DNA of 64,000 bases from NCBI GenBank assembly GCA_963797685.1, contig CAWCQK010000001.1:199127-263126 (forward strand), written 5' to 3'. This stretch comes from an uncultured Chloroflexia bacterium. Its GTDB lineage: Bacteria > Chloroflexota > Limnocylindria > Limnocylindrales > CSP1-4. A program made the translations under genes and the position numbers. How positions within the stretch are numbered: the stretch's first letter is position 1; every line of letters begins with the position of its first letter. The notes beneath the pieces were generated by a model. That model saw nothing but the letters and a program-made list of their open reading frames with translations. It had not been told where the DNA came from and ran no database searches. Positions 32,260-43,419 of this stretch are shown here, piece after piece.

Positions 32260-33128
32260 CGGGCGGCCAGCGCGAGCTCGACGTGCTCGACGTCGGTGAA
32301 GCCGTCGCGGAACAGGCTCCCGGCCAGCGCCGCGAAGGACTCGGGATCGCCGGTCGTCAGCTGGCGGTGCGTCGCCGAAACCCCATCGCCGCCGTCGCCC
32401 TGGGCGTCAAGACCGTTGATCTGGAGCAGCTCGGCCAGCGCCGACGCCGTGGCCGTCGCGGAATCGACGATCGCGACATGTTCTCCGGCCAGCGCCGCGA
32501 TGATCTCGCGCAGCAGCGGGTAGTGCGTGCAGCCGAGCAGCAGCGTGTCGATCGAGGCGCCGGGCGGCCGCGGAAAGATCGACTCGCCGGCCGCATCGCG
32601 CTCGCCGAGCAGCGGCGCCAGCGCCTCGGCCACGGCACGCTCGGCAGTCGGACCGGCCAGCTCGCCGGCCTCGACCAGGGGCACGAGCGTCGGCGTGGCG
32701 TGCTCGTAGACCTCGACCGCGGGGTTCTCGTCCTTGATCGCCCCGAAGTAGGCGTGCGAGCGGATCGTCGCCGGCGTGGCGATGACCCCGACCCGGCGAT
32801 TGCGGGTGGCCAGCGCGGCCGCCGAGGCACCGGGCCGGATGACGCCCAGGATCGGCAGGTCGTAGCGCCGGCGCAAGGCACTCAAGGCGACCGCGGTCGA
32901 GGTGTTGCAGGCGACCACGATCGCCTTGACGTCCTGCTCCGCGAGCCGATCCAGGCACTCCTGCGAGAAGTCCAGGACCTCGGCGTCGGACCGGACGCCG
33001 TACGGCGCCCGGGCGTTGTCTCCCAGGTACACCGTCGATTCGGTCGGAGTGCGACGGACGATCTCGCGCAGGACCGTCAGACCGCCGACCCCGGAGTCGA
33101 AGACCCCGATCGGACGCCGATCCGACAT
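32256..33128 (-). CDS. murI: glutamate racemase
   Basis: 290 aa. VFDSGVGGLTV and the two catalytic Cys regions (ACNTS, GCTHYP). Confidence 0.9.
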   Translation of the reverse strand: MSDRRPIGVFDSGVGGLTVLREIVRRTPTESTVYLGDNARAPYGVRSDAEVLDFSQECLDRLAEQDVKAIVVACNTSTAVALSALRRRYDLPILGVIRPGASAAALATRNRRVGVIATPATIRSHAYFGAIKDENPAVEVYEHATPTLVPLVEAGELAGPTAERAVAEALAPLLGERDAAGESIFPRPPGASIDTLLLGCTHYPLLREIIAALAGEHVAIVDSATATASALAELLQINGLDAQGDGGDGVSATHRQLTTGDPESFAALAGSLFRDGFTDVEHVELALAAR

Positions 33129-33135
33129 CGCGACC

Positions 33136-34287
33136 TCAGGACCGTCCGGCGGTGACTGCGACCCGGCCGGCGTTGAGCACTTCGCCGGCGACGCGCATCA
33201 CGTCACGGCTGATGGCCGCGTCCGGGTTGGCCAGCACGAACGGGACACCCTCGTTGTTCGACTGGACCACGAGCAGCCCGTCGGACACGATGCGGTGCTC
33301 AGGCACGCGCCCGATCGCGCGCTCGAGGTCGATCGGTTCGATGCCGCCTGGCGAGTCCGCCCGGTTGACCAGGTACCGGACCTTGGACGCCGGGTAGCCG
33401 ATCGAGCGGAACGTGTCGGCGATGGCCACCGTGTTGTGGATCGTCGTGGAGTCGTAGGTGACGATCTCGATGATGACGTCGCTCGCGTCGAGGAACGCCA
33501 GGTTGATGTCGTTGAGATAGCTCGACATGTCGATGACGATCGAGGCGTAGACCCGGCGAAGCAGTGACAGGACCTTGTCGACGTCGCGCGGGGTGAGCAT
33601 CTCGGCCATCTCGATGCGTGGCGGCGCGAGCAGGATGTCGATCCCGGACGGGTCGCGCCACAGGACGTCGCTCAGGTCGGATTCGGCGATCCGGTCGGTC
33701 GGCAGGTCGAGGATCGACGGGGCGTCCACCGGCACCTTGAGCAGCGAGCGCAGGTCGCCGAACTGAAGGCTGCCGTCGATCAACACGGTCTTCTGCTCGA
33801 GCTGGCCGAGAGCGACGGCCAGATTGAACGCGATCGTCGTCTTGCCGACGCCGCCCTTCGGCGCGAACACGCTCATCACCCGGGTCGTCGCGAAGGCCTG
33901 GTGTTCCTCGAACTCCTTGCGCGCGTTCCCGATCCGGGTCATCAGGTCGAAGCCGGAGAACGGCATCGCCAGGACGCCATGGATCCCCGCGTCGGTGTCC
34001 ACCTCGATCGGGTTCTGGGGAACAGTCAGCGCGATGACCGGCACGCCGACGTCCGCCTGGTGGATCATCTCGATGAGCTGGGGCCCCTTGATCCGGCCCT
34101 GGAGCAACGCGTCCACGAGGACGATGTCCGGGCGGAGCTCGTTGATGGCCGGGACCACCTTGCTCCCATCGGTCAGGACGTCGAGGAGCTTGACCCGCGA
34201 CTGCGAGTTGAGCAGGCCACGGATGTACTGGGCGACCTGGGGGACGTCCTCGACGATCAGGAGGCGAATCTGGTCACTCTGTGGCAT
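33136..34287 (-). CDS. degenerate receiver domain fused to a ParA/MinD-family ATPase (CpaE/TadZ-like), paralog 2
   Basis: 383 aa. REC-like N-terminus retains LLIVEDV and LVDAL Asp, but the conserved Lys is replaced (LAMPF). Deviant Walker A (VFAPKGGVGKTTIAFNLA). 7 nt upstream of murI. Confidence 0.75.
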   Translation of the reverse strand: MPQSDQIRLLIVEDVPQVAQYIRGLLNSQSRVKLLDVLTDGSKVVPAINELRPDIVLVDALLQGRIKGPQLIEMIHQADVGVPVIALTVPQNPIEVDTDAGIHGVLAMPFSGFDLMTRIGNARKEFEEHQAFATTRVMSVFAPKGGVGKTTIAFNLAVALGQLEQKTVLIDGSLQFGDLRSLLKVPVDAPSILDLPTDRIAESDLSDVLWRDPSGIDILLAPPRIEMAEMLTPRDVDKVLSLLRRVYASIVIDMSSYLNDINLAFLDASDVIIEIVTYDSTTIHNTVAIADTFRSIGYPASKVRYLVNRADSPGGIEPIDLERAIGRVPEHRIVSDGLLVVQSNNEGVPFVLANPDAAISRDVMRVAGEVLNAGRVAVTAGRS

Positions 34288-34388
34288 CGGCCGGACGATA
34301 CCACGAGGCTCGACGGCGTCACCCGGCCCGGAGGTCCCAGACGCATCGTGACCCGACTGGAGCGGGCGCCGACCGACAGGGTCGACCG

Positions 34389-35180
34389 TCAGGGCTTGAC
34401 GGCGAGCAGGATGGCGCGCTCGCTGCCCGGCCCGAGGAGCCCCATCCCGTAGTCGCCGGCGATCGATTCGACGACGAGGCCGGCGTCCTCGGCGTAGCCA
34501 CGGAGCTCGTCGGCCGTGACAAGGCGGAGGCGGTCGCGCCGGATCCAGCGCCGGACCGGCTCGCCCTGGCCGCCCTCCTCGAAGATGGTGGTCAGGGTCA
34601 CGCTGGCGGTGGCCGTGTCGTGCTGCGCGGAGGCCGCCTTGCTGACGATGGTGCCCGTCTCAGGGTCGAGCCGAGGCCACTCGAGCACGATCCGGCCGTC
34701 GAACCGGGCGAGGTCGTCGGCGTCGGGCAGCCACACGTCCACGACGGCCAGCCCGCCCGGGGCAAGGTGGTCGGCCATGGCGCGCAGGGCGGCCCGTTGC
34801 GCTGCGCGTGTCGGCAGCACCAGGAGCGAATTGAGGGCGATGAAGGCGAGCCCGAACCCACCGGCATCGGGCAACCGCAGTCCGACGATGTCCGCCTCGA
34901 CCAGCGTCAACCGGTCCTCGTCGGCGGTCCCGCGCACGCGAGCGCGAGCTCGGTCGAGCATCGCCGGGTCGAGGTCCACGCCTGTGACCTGATGGCCGGC
35001 CTCGACCAGCGGGATGGCCAGCCGGCCTGTTCCCACCGCGAGCTCGAGGATCGGACCTTCGACCCGGTCCGCGAGCGCGAGATACAGGTCGAGATCGCCG
35101 GGGTCGTCGGCCAGATCGAGGTCGTACAGCCGGGCCAGGGCAGCCGCGGTCGCGGCGTCGGGTCGGTCGAGCGATGGCAT
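34389..35180 (-). CDS. class I SAM-dependent methyltransferase
   Basis: 263 aa from MPSLDRPD.... Motif I ILELAVGTGRLAIPL and motif II/post-I acidic residues. Confidence 0.65.
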   Translation of the reverse strand: MPSLDRPDAATAAALARLYDLDLADDPGDLDLYLALADRVEGPILELAVGTGRLAIPLVEAGHQVTGVDLDPAMLDRARARVRGTADEDRLTLVEADIVGLRLPDAGGFGLAFIALNSLLVLPTRAAQRAALRAMADHLAPGGLAVVDVWLPDADDLARFDGRIVLEWPRLDPETGTIVSKAASAQHDTATASVTLTTIFEEGGQGEPVRRWIRRDRLRLVTADELRGYAEDAGLVVESIAGDYGMGLLGPGSERAILLAVKP

Positions 35181-35188
35181 GTCGGCCG

Positions 35189-36251
35189 TCAGCCTTCCCA
35201 GCGGACGCGCTGCCCGTCGCGACGGCGGACGGCGAGTGCGCTGATCGCCTCGAGCGCGGCGCGGTTGGCGGCCATCGCGGTGGCCTCGGCGTGGTCGTAC
35301 GGCGGCGACACCTCGACGATGTCCATGCCGGCCAGCTCGACCGCGCCGACGATCTGGCGGATCGCGCGGAGGACCTCGCGGGTGAGCATGCCGCCGGGCT
35401 CCGGCGTCCCGGTGCCGGGCGCCATCCCGGGGTCGATGACGTCGATGTCGAGCGACAGGTAGATCGCGTCGGGACCGTCGAGCGCCTCGGCGATCGCATC
35501 GGCGATGACCGCCTCCGCGCCACGCTCTTCGATCTCGCGCATGAAGTGCCAGCGCAGGCCCTGCTCCTTCATCCAGTCGAAGGTCTCCTGCGGCGGCCAG
35601 TAGCCGCGCAGCCCGACCTGGACGAAGTTCCGGCCGCTGACCGCGCCCGATTCGATCAGCCGGCGCATCGGCGTGCCATGGCTGGCGAGGACGCCCGAAC
35701 GTGTCGTTGGCGGTGTCGGCGTGGGCGTCGAAATGGACGATGCCGATGCTCCCCGGCCGACGGACCTCGGCGACCGCCGTCGCCGACGGCCAGGTGATCG
35801 AATGGTCGCCACCGAGGACGATCGGGATGGCGCCCGTCGCGGCCACCTCGCGGACCTTGCGGTAGATCATCGCGTGGGCCCGCTCGATGTTCGACGGGAC
35901 GATGTTCGCGTCGCCGGCGTCGACCACGGTCAGGATGTCGAACGGGTCGACGTCGAGCTGGAGCGAATGGATCGCGCCCGAGGTGTACTGCGCCTCGCGG
36001 ATGGCGCGCGGCCCGAACCGGGTGCCCGGACGGTGGCTGACCGCGTCGTCGAACGGCGCGCCGACGATGGCGACGTCGACGGCGCGCCGTCGGAGCTCGT
36101 CGGGATCGGTGACCCACGGCAACTTCATGAACGACACGGGGCCGACGTAGGTCGGCAGGTCGAAGTCGGAGTAGGTCGTGAAATCCTGGTCCCAGCCGGC
36201 GTGATGCGCGAACTCGTGCTCGGCGTCGGGGTCGTGTCGGTGGTCAGCCAC
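35189..36251 (-). CDS. speB: ureohydrolase of the agmatinase/arginase family; one apparent frame error near 35700
   Basis: GGDHSIT and DAHxD (VHFDAHADT) Mn-binding motifs, then a C-terminal half in the 35189..35812 frame (SLDIDVIDP...VEVSP). Confidence 0.7.
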
Positions 36252-36406
36252 CAGTGCCTCCGCAGACGGTCGCGGCAGATCGCCGCGGGAAGTCGTTCCG
36301 TCTCGCTGGGGGGCGCCGCCGGTTCGAGCTGTCGTCCAGCAGGACGCGCCACGGCCGATGGTAGCAGCCGCTGAGCCCGCCTAGACGGGGCCGCGCGCCT
36401 CGCGCG

Positions 36407-36787
36407 TCACCGTTCCGCAGACAGCGTCGCCTCCGCGACAACCACCAGCGCGATCATGAACAGGGCGATGGGCAGCTCGAGGAGGCCCTGGAGCCGAAGG
36501 ATGACCAGGACGGCGGCGACGATCCCGACCCACACGCCGCGACGGACCGCACGCATCCAGTCGCCGTGATAGGCGATCTGGCGGTGGCGGCCATAGATCG
36601 TCAGCCAGATCAGCGGGATGAGCGTCAGCGCGATCGCCAGGCCGATGAGGAACGCCCCGACGAACCCGGCGCTCCGGTCGACCAGCGGATCGCGCGTCGT
36701 CACGACCAGCCCGACGAGGACCCAGACGACCCCGGCCGCGGCGAAGAAGGCGAGGTTGGCCGTTCGGTCGCGCGCTTCCATGATCAT
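36407..36787 (-). CDS. small hypothetical membrane protein (3-4 TM)
   Basis: About 126 aa from MIMEARDRTANLAFF.... Hydrophobic helices. No recognisable family. Confidence 0.35.
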   Translation of the reverse strand: MIMEARDRTANLAFFAAAGVVWVLVGLVVTTRDPLVDRSAGFVGAFLIGLAIALTLIPLIWLTIYGRHRQIAYHGDWMRAVRRGVWVGIVAAVLVILRLQGLLELPIALFMIALVVVAEATLSAER

Positions 36788-36949
36788 CGAGTCTAGGCCC
36801 TCCGGCCCGTCGCTCGTGACCCACGGTCGGATCAACCGGGCGAGAAGGTGCATCGTCGATGCGAACCCCAGGAACGTCCCAGGACGTCCCGGGAGGGGGC
36901 CGAACGATGGACGGCGAGAAGTGCCGCGTCGAGTCGGGAGGATGCCCTA

Positions 36950-39900
36950 TCAGCGGGCGACGCTGGACGGGCAGATGTCGCGGAACGCGCACCACGTGCA
37001 CGCGAGGTAGTCGGGCTTCGGCGTGTAGTCGCGAGCGCGCATCCCGGCCGCGGCCTCGGCCATGCGCTCACGCGCCTTCGCCAGCCGCTTCGGGTCCACC
37101 GCGACCTTGCCGACCAGCCCCGACTCGAGGAAGTGGAGCGCCAGCTCGTCGGGCAGACGGCCGGTCATCGCCTCGTAGCCCATCGCATAGATCTGGAGCT
37201 GGAGCGATTCGCGGGCGCGCTGGCGCGCCTTGGCCGGGTCGCGGACGTCGGACGACTTGTAGTCCGTGATGGTCACCCGCTCCGGGCCGAGGATGTCGAG
37301 CGTCGGCGACACGACGTCCGCGGTCGGTGCCGCGCTGGCCGCCGGGGCAGCACTCCCCTCCTCCACCGGGACGACGTCGACGCGGTCCCAGCGGCCGCGG
37401 ACGCGGTCGCCACCGAGCGTGAAGCTGAACTCGCGCTCCACGTAGGTCGGGATCACCGCATCGGGCTCGAGCTGCTGCAGGCGGAAGCGACGGAGGGCCG
37501 CCCGACCGGCCGCCAGCCGGGCCTCCTCGTGGTCCCGGCTCATGAACCCCTCGTTCGACCAGGCAGAGTCGAACACCTCGTCGAGCTCGGCCTCGCTCAT
37601 CACGTGGCCCTTGGCATGCCGCTGGTGGAACATCTGGACCGCCTTGTGGAGCGCCGCCCCGTAGACGATCGCGTGGTGCGGCGCCAGCGGGACGCGCAGC
37701 GACGTGGGCGTACTTGTACTTGAGCGGGCAGGTCAGGTAGTCGTCGATCTGGTAGAAGCTCAGCGACAGCGGCTCGGTGATCGGGCCGTCGGGCGTGCCC
37801 GGTCGCGAAGCCGCCGCGGCGTCGAAGCCCGCGAGCCGCTCGGCCGGCGTGCTCGTCCGCGCGCCGGCGCCGGGCACTCCCGCGGCGGCCGGCAGGTCGA
37901 GCGCCTCGAGGACGAACGGCGACACGCGCCGGGCGCGCGACCCGCCGTAGTCGGCGGCGTGGCTCAGCACCAGCTCGTCGCGGGCGCGGGTCATCGCGAC
38001 GTAGCCCAGGCGGCGCTCCTCGGCGAGCGACATCTCGGCCGTCGGCGGCGCCCCGCGACCGAGGCCGGCCGGCAGCGCCAGCGGGTCGGCCCGACCGGCC
38101 GACGGGAAGCGGCCGGCGACCATCCCGGGCAGGAAGACGACCGGGAACTCGAGGCCCTTCGCCTTGTGGACGGTCAGCACCGCGACCGCGTCGGCATCGG
38201 GGTCGAGCTCGGCGGTGGCCGGGTCGTCGCCCGCGTCGATGAGCGTGGCGAGATACGGCGCGACGAAGATCGCCCGGTCGTCGACGAGCAGCGCGGCCCG
38301 TGCGCGGACGATCTCGAAGAACCGGGCGACGTTCTGGAGCTGCTCCTCGGCCGCGGGCGTGTCGGTCGCGACCAGTCGCGCGAGCAGGCCGCTCGACTTG
38401 AGGAACCGGTACAGCAGCTCGCCGGCGGGGAGCTCGTGCGCGGCCTCGGCATACCCGCGCAGGTCGGCGACGAGGCGCGACACGGTCGCGCGCGTCTCGG
38501 GCGCGACGCGCAGGATGCCCGGCTGGCGGTCGAGCTCCTCGAGCACCGCCCACACCGAGCGGTTCCGGCGACGCGCCATGTTGACGATCGCGGTCAGGTC
38601 CTCGCCGCCGAGGCCGTACACCTCGGACGCGGCCAGCGCGTACAGGTCCACGCTCGACTCGAGGTCGGCGACGACGCGCAGGAACGCGAGCAGCAGCCTG
38701 ACCTCGGGCCGGGCATACAGCCCCGACGTCCCGGAGAACCGCCACGGGATGCCGGCCATGTTGAGCGCCCGCAGGATCGGGTCGGCGTGGCCGTTGGCGC
38801 GGACGAGGACCGCGTGGTCGCGCGGCGCGGCCCCAGCCTCGATGCGCCGGCCGATCTCGGCGGCGATCCAGTCGGCCTCCTCGGAGCCCGTCGCGAAGAC
38901 CTCGAGCCGGACCGGCGGCGGCTCGGCGGCCGATCGCTGCGCGCGCAGGCGCTTGAGGATCCCGGTCCGCACCTCGAGCCGGTCCGGATCGTTGAACCGG
39001 ATCAGCCGGTAGGCGGCGTCGAGGACCGGCGCCAGCGACCGGTAGTTCCGCCGCAGGACCACCGTGCGCGCCCCGACGTAGCGCTCGCGGAAATCGAGGA
39101 TGTTGTCGATCGCGGCGCCACGGAACGCATAGATCGCCTGGTCGTCGTCGCCGACCACGGTGACGTTGCGGTGCCGCTCGGCGAGCGCGGCGACCAGCTC
39201 GGCCTGGGCGCGGTTCGTGTCCTGGAACTCGTCGACCAGGATGTACCGGAAGCGGCCGGCGATCGCGTTGCGCGCCGCCGCCGAGGTCCGCACGAGCCGG
39301 AGCGCGAGCGCGACCTGATCGCCGAAATCGATGCAGCCGTTGGCCGCCAGCAGCGACTGGTAGGTGGCATACGCACGCGCGAGCTCGGCCTGGCGTCGGG
39401 CCTCCTCGGCGGCGGCGTCGGCCGACATCGCGCCCGGAGCCATCGACGCCTGCCGCCTCGGCCAGGGCTGCGGCCTCGGTCGCGACCCGGTCCGCGTGCG
39501 CCGCGTAGTCCGCGGGCGAGATGTCCTCGTCCTTGCAGCGGCTGAACAGGGTCGCGAGGGCGGCGAGGAATCGGGTCGGGTCGCCGAGCGGCCGATACGC
39601 ATCGAGCTCGAACTCGAACAGGTGCTCGCGCAGGAAGATGACGACCTCCGCCCGGGTCAGGACGCGCAGGTCGGTCGGCAGCCCGAGCTCCAGCGCGTAC
39701 TCGCGGATGAGCCCGTCGCCGAACGCGTGGAACGTCGAGATCGCGGTGTCCGTGTAGCCGTACGGAACGAGCTGGTCGACGCGGACCGCCATCTCGTCGG
39801 CGGCCTTGTCCGTGAACGTCAGGGCGAGGATCTCCGACGGCTTCGCCCGATGCGTCGCGATGAGCCAGGCGATCCGCCTGGTGATGACCTGGGTCTTGCC

Positions 39901-40029
39901 GGTCCCCGCGCCCGCGACCACGAGCAGCGGCCCGTCGCCGTGCGTGACCGCGCGCAGCTGGTCCGGGTCGAGCCCGCCGAGGAGCGCCTCCAGCCCGGCC
40001 GGTGCGCCGCCGATGACCGCTGGATCCAT
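36950..40029 (-). CDS. UvrD/Rep-type superfamily-1 helicase fused to a C-terminal PD-(D/E)XK (Cas4/AddB-type, CX2CX5C Fe-S) nuclease; 2 apparent frame errors
   Basis: About 1026 aa. Helicase motifs (LLVVAGAGTGKT, ILVDEFQDTN, VGDDDQAIYAFRGA, LTVHKAKGLEF, GYVAMTRAR) and nuclease (ITDYKSS...QLQIYAM, Cys at ...LTCPL... plus CTWCAFRDIC). Frame joins near 39560 and 37640. Confidence 0.7.
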
Positions 40030-40213
40030 CACCGGCACCAGGTCGCGCCAGGCCGGTAGCTGGTCGAGCGGGTTCGGTTCGCGCCGCCGGCGGGTCCGCG
40101 TCCGCATCAGGTCGTCGGTCCGGGTCGGGGTCGGCGCCGCGATCGTCGCCGGGAGAGTCGTATCGGTGGGGGCCATGTCGGGAGCATCGCGGGCCGCCGT
40201 GACAGCTAGCGTG

Positions 40214-40474
40214 TCAGGCCATCGCCTGCTTGATCGCCGCGGTCTCCTCGTCCGACAGGCCGGCGTCCGCGCGACCGGCCGTGATCCCCTTCGCGTACAC
40301 GCGCGTGCCCGATCGCGCGTGCAGGCTCGACAGGACCCAGCCGTCGCCCGCAGCATCGAGCAGCGCGAGCGCGAAGCTCTGGTTCCCGCCGGTCTCCTCG
40401 AACGGGTTGTAGCGGACGAGACCGACCCGCTGGAACGACCGACGCTGTGCGGTCTCGAGTGCCGCAGTCCGCAC
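40214..40474 (-). CDS. small hypothetical protein (86 aa)
   Basis: GTG start. Non-Arg-rich composition and conserved-looking motifs (VRYNPFEETGGNQSFALALLD). Family not recognised. Confidence 0.3.
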   Translation of the reverse strand: MRTAALETAQRRSFQRVGLVRYNPFEETGGNQSFALALLDAAGDGWVLSSLHARSGTRVYAKGITAGRADAGLSDEETAAIKQAMA

Positions 40475-40814
40475 CGTCAGGGCATCAAGGTCGCGCGCGA
40501 CACCGTCGATCCCGGCGTCCGGGGTCCGAACCGCCGCGCCGCCCGGATCACCGAAGCCGCGCGTCGATCCGGCGCGTCCGACGGATGAGCCCGAGGACCG
40601 CGACGAGCAGCAACACGACGACGATGACGAGCCCGACGATGATCGGGCCGAGATACGGCTGGACGAGCGCGTCGAGGTCGATCCGAGGGTCCTCCGCTGG
40701 GGAGGCCCGAGTCTAGCAGGGGCCCCTTATCGCGACCGTATCCGGCGGGATGCTATCCTCTGCCGTCGGCAGACCCCGGGTGCGACGACGCGTCGCCCAC
40801 ATCCGTCCATTCCG

Positions 40815-41249
40815 TTGGAGACCTCCCAGAACATGGCCAAGCGAGTCCGAGGCAGCACGTCCAGACCCGGACAGCGCCCACCCCTGCAGCGCACGGCGGC
40901 CCGGCCGGCGACCCGGCCCGCCAGCCAGCCGACCACGACGACGGCCCCGGTCTCGACGCCCGAACCGTTCCCCGACGACCTGACCGACGAGGAGGAGGCG
41001 CGCGCCGCCGCCCTCGAAGCGGCGATCGTCGCCGACGAGCGCAAGGCCGAGGACACCAAGGATCGTGCGCGCGCCACCCGCCCGTCGGAGACCGCCAGGC
41101 CGGTCTCGAACCTGACCATCTCGACGGCCGAGGAATACCAGTACGTCGCGCGCGACGTCCGTCGGATCGCGATCATCGGTGGCTCGCTGATCCTGATCCT
41201 GCTCGGCATGTGGGTCCTGTCGCACATCCTGGGCATGGGACCGCTCTGA
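40815..41249 (+). CDS. hypothetical protein with a C-terminal transmembrane anchor
   Basis: 144 aa. Thr/Pro-rich N-terminus, an [11 protein letters not shown] helix and a C-terminal TM ([24 protein letters not shown]). Confidence 0.35.
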   Translation: METSQNMAKRVRGSTSRPGQRPPLQRTAARPATRPASQPTTTTAPVSTPEPFPDDLTDEEEARAAALEAAIVADERKAEDTKDRARATRPSETARPVSNLTISTAEEYQYVARDVRRIAIIGGSLILILLGMWVLSHILGMGPL

Positions 41250-41481
41250 TCGGGTTTCGAGCCGCCGGCCCGGGATCTCTGTCAAACGCACGCCACACGA
41301 GCCTTCGTCCGGACCTTCCGACGATCTGAGCGCATCCCGAGCGTCGCCCACGGCGTGGGCCGTCCGCATTCGCTGCCGAGTGCCCACCCAAGGGGCATCT
41401 GACCGAAATCGGGCCTACTGCCGGCACCGGAACGTGACGCCGCCCACCGGACGAGCCCACTCCCCGCGCTACCATCCGTCC

Positions 41482-43000
41482 ATGCCATCCGCCCGACGGC
41501 CCGTCGGCGCCAGACCCGAACCACTGTTCCAGCCACCGCCCGAGCGGCAGCCGCTGGCCGCCCGGATGCGACCGCGCACCCTCGCGGAGTTCGTCGGCCA
41601 GGAGCACCTCGTCGGCGAGCGCGGCCCATTGCGGCGAAGCGTGGCGCGCGGCCACCTCTCGTCGCTCCTGCTGTGGGGTCCGCCCGGCACCGGCAAGACG
41701 AGCCTGGCCCGCCTGCTCGCGGCCGAGATCGGCGCCCAGTTCGCGACGATGTCCGCCGTCATGGCCGGCGTCGCCGACGTCCGCGCCACGATCGCCGAGG
41801 CGCAGGAGCGGCTCAACCTGCATGGCAGCCGGACCCTCCTCTTCCTCGACGAGATCCATCGCTTCAACAAGGCCCAGCAGGATGCCCTGCTGCCACACGT
41901 CGAGGACGGCACGGTCACGCTCATCGGCGCGACGACGGAGAACCCCTACTTCGAGGTCAACTCGGCGCTCCTGTCGCGGATGCGTGTCTGGCGCCTCGAG
42001 CCACTGACCGACGACGAGGTCGGCTCCGTCGTCCGCCGCGCGCTGACCGACGAGCGAGCGCGGGTCTGGCCGGCCCGCTCGGCCCCGAGGGCGGCGTCGC
42101 CCTGACCGACGAGGCGTTCGAGCACCTGGTCTCGCTCGCCGGCGGCGACGCGCGCGCCGCGCTCAACGTGCTCGAAGGCGCGACCGCACTGGCCGAGTCC
42201 GAGGACATCCGCGACGCCGACGGGCCACGTCAGCCCGCGGCTCGAGGACGTCGAGGCGGCCGCCCAGCAGCGCGTCCTCGCCTACGACCGGGCCGGCGAC
42301 GGCCACTACGACACCGTGTCGGCGTTCATCAAGAGCCTGCGCGGCAACGACCCGGACGCGGCGCTGTACTGGCTGGCGGCGATGATCGCGGCCGGCGAGG
42401 ACCCGAAGTTCATCGCCCGCCGGCTGATCATCAGCGCGTCGGAGGACGTCGGCAACGCCGACCCGCGGGCGCTGTCGGTGGCGGTCGCGGCGGGCCAGGC
42501 GCTCGACTGGATCGGGCTGCCCGAGGCTCAGTACGCGCTCGCGCAGGCGACGACCTACATCGCCACCGCGCCGAAGTCGAACCGCTCGGGCGCCGCCTAT
42601 TGGGCGGCCGTCTCCGACGTCGAGGCCAACGGCGCGCTGCCGGTCCCGCTCCACCTCCGCAACGCGGCACACCGCGGGATGAAGCAGCACGGGATCGGCG
42701 TCGGCTATCGCTACTCGCACGACTACGACGGCGCCGACGTCGACCAGCAGTACCTGCCCGACGCGATCGCCGCGCGGCGTTACTACCTGCCCACGGACCA
42801 AGGGCTACGAATCGACGATCGGCGCCCGGATGAACGCCCGCACCGAGGCGCGCGCCGCGGCCAAGGCCATCGGCAAGACGCCGAGACAGAAGACCCCGCC
42901 GCCCGAGGTCACCCACCATGCCGGCGACGGCCTGATGAAGACCCGCGAGATCAACCGCAAGAAGCTGGCCGAGACCGAAAAGCGCGACGCGAGCCAGTAG
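41482..43000 (+). CDS. rarA: replication-associated recombination protein A (RarA/MgsA AAA+ ATPase); at least 3 apparent frame errors
   Basis: [14 protein letters not shown], Walker [33 protein letters not shown], then a MgsA_C domain in two other frames (...[32 protein letters not shown]...SEDVGNADP...). Ends ...ETEKRDASQ*. Confidence 0.8.
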
Positions 43001-43018
43001 CGACTCCGCTCGAGCCGG

Positions 43019-43339
43019 TCAGGAGCCGGGGGCGCGGTACTCCGGGTGCAGGCGGATCATCGCATCGACGTCTGCGGCGGTCAGCAGGACGACAGTGCTG
43101 ATCGAGACGCTCCCGGCGGCCGCGGTCGTGGCCGCGAGGGCCGCTGCGGAAGCGTTGTCGGGCAGGTTGGCGATGACATAGAAGTCGTCCTTGCCGAGCG
43201 CCCAATACATCGAGTCGACCGTCCCGCCGAGGCTCTCGGCGAGGGCGTCGACCGCCTTGCGACGCCCGGTCCCGCCGTCCTTGAGGACGCCCTTGATGCC
43301 GTCCCTGGTATACGACCCGTGGAACAGGTACTTCGCCAT
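43019..43339 (-). CDS. GYD domain protein
   Basis: 106 aa, MAKYLFHGSYTRDGIKGVLKDGGTGRRKAV...GKDDFYVIANLPD.... Typical GYD-family length and motifs. Confidence 0.7.
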   Translation of the reverse strand: MAKYLFHGSYTRDGIKGVLKDGGTGRRKAVDALAESLGGTVDSMYWALGKDDFYVIANLPDNASAAALAATTAAAGSVSISTVVLLTAADVDAMIRLHPEYRAPGS

Positions 43340-43419
43340 GGTGGAGACCTCGCTGAGACGTCGGGAACTGGCCTGGCAGACGGGTATCGTCGCATGGTCG
43401 ACCCCGTGTCGAGACGCGG

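Noticed and set aside
40447-41387. ORFs 40447..40716+, 40713..41387- and 40750..40983+ in the region between the helicase-nuclease and rarA.
   Set aside because: Arg/Ser/Pro-rich junk. Only the 40214..40474- and 40815..41249+ ORFs have protein-like composition, and both are retained at low confidence.
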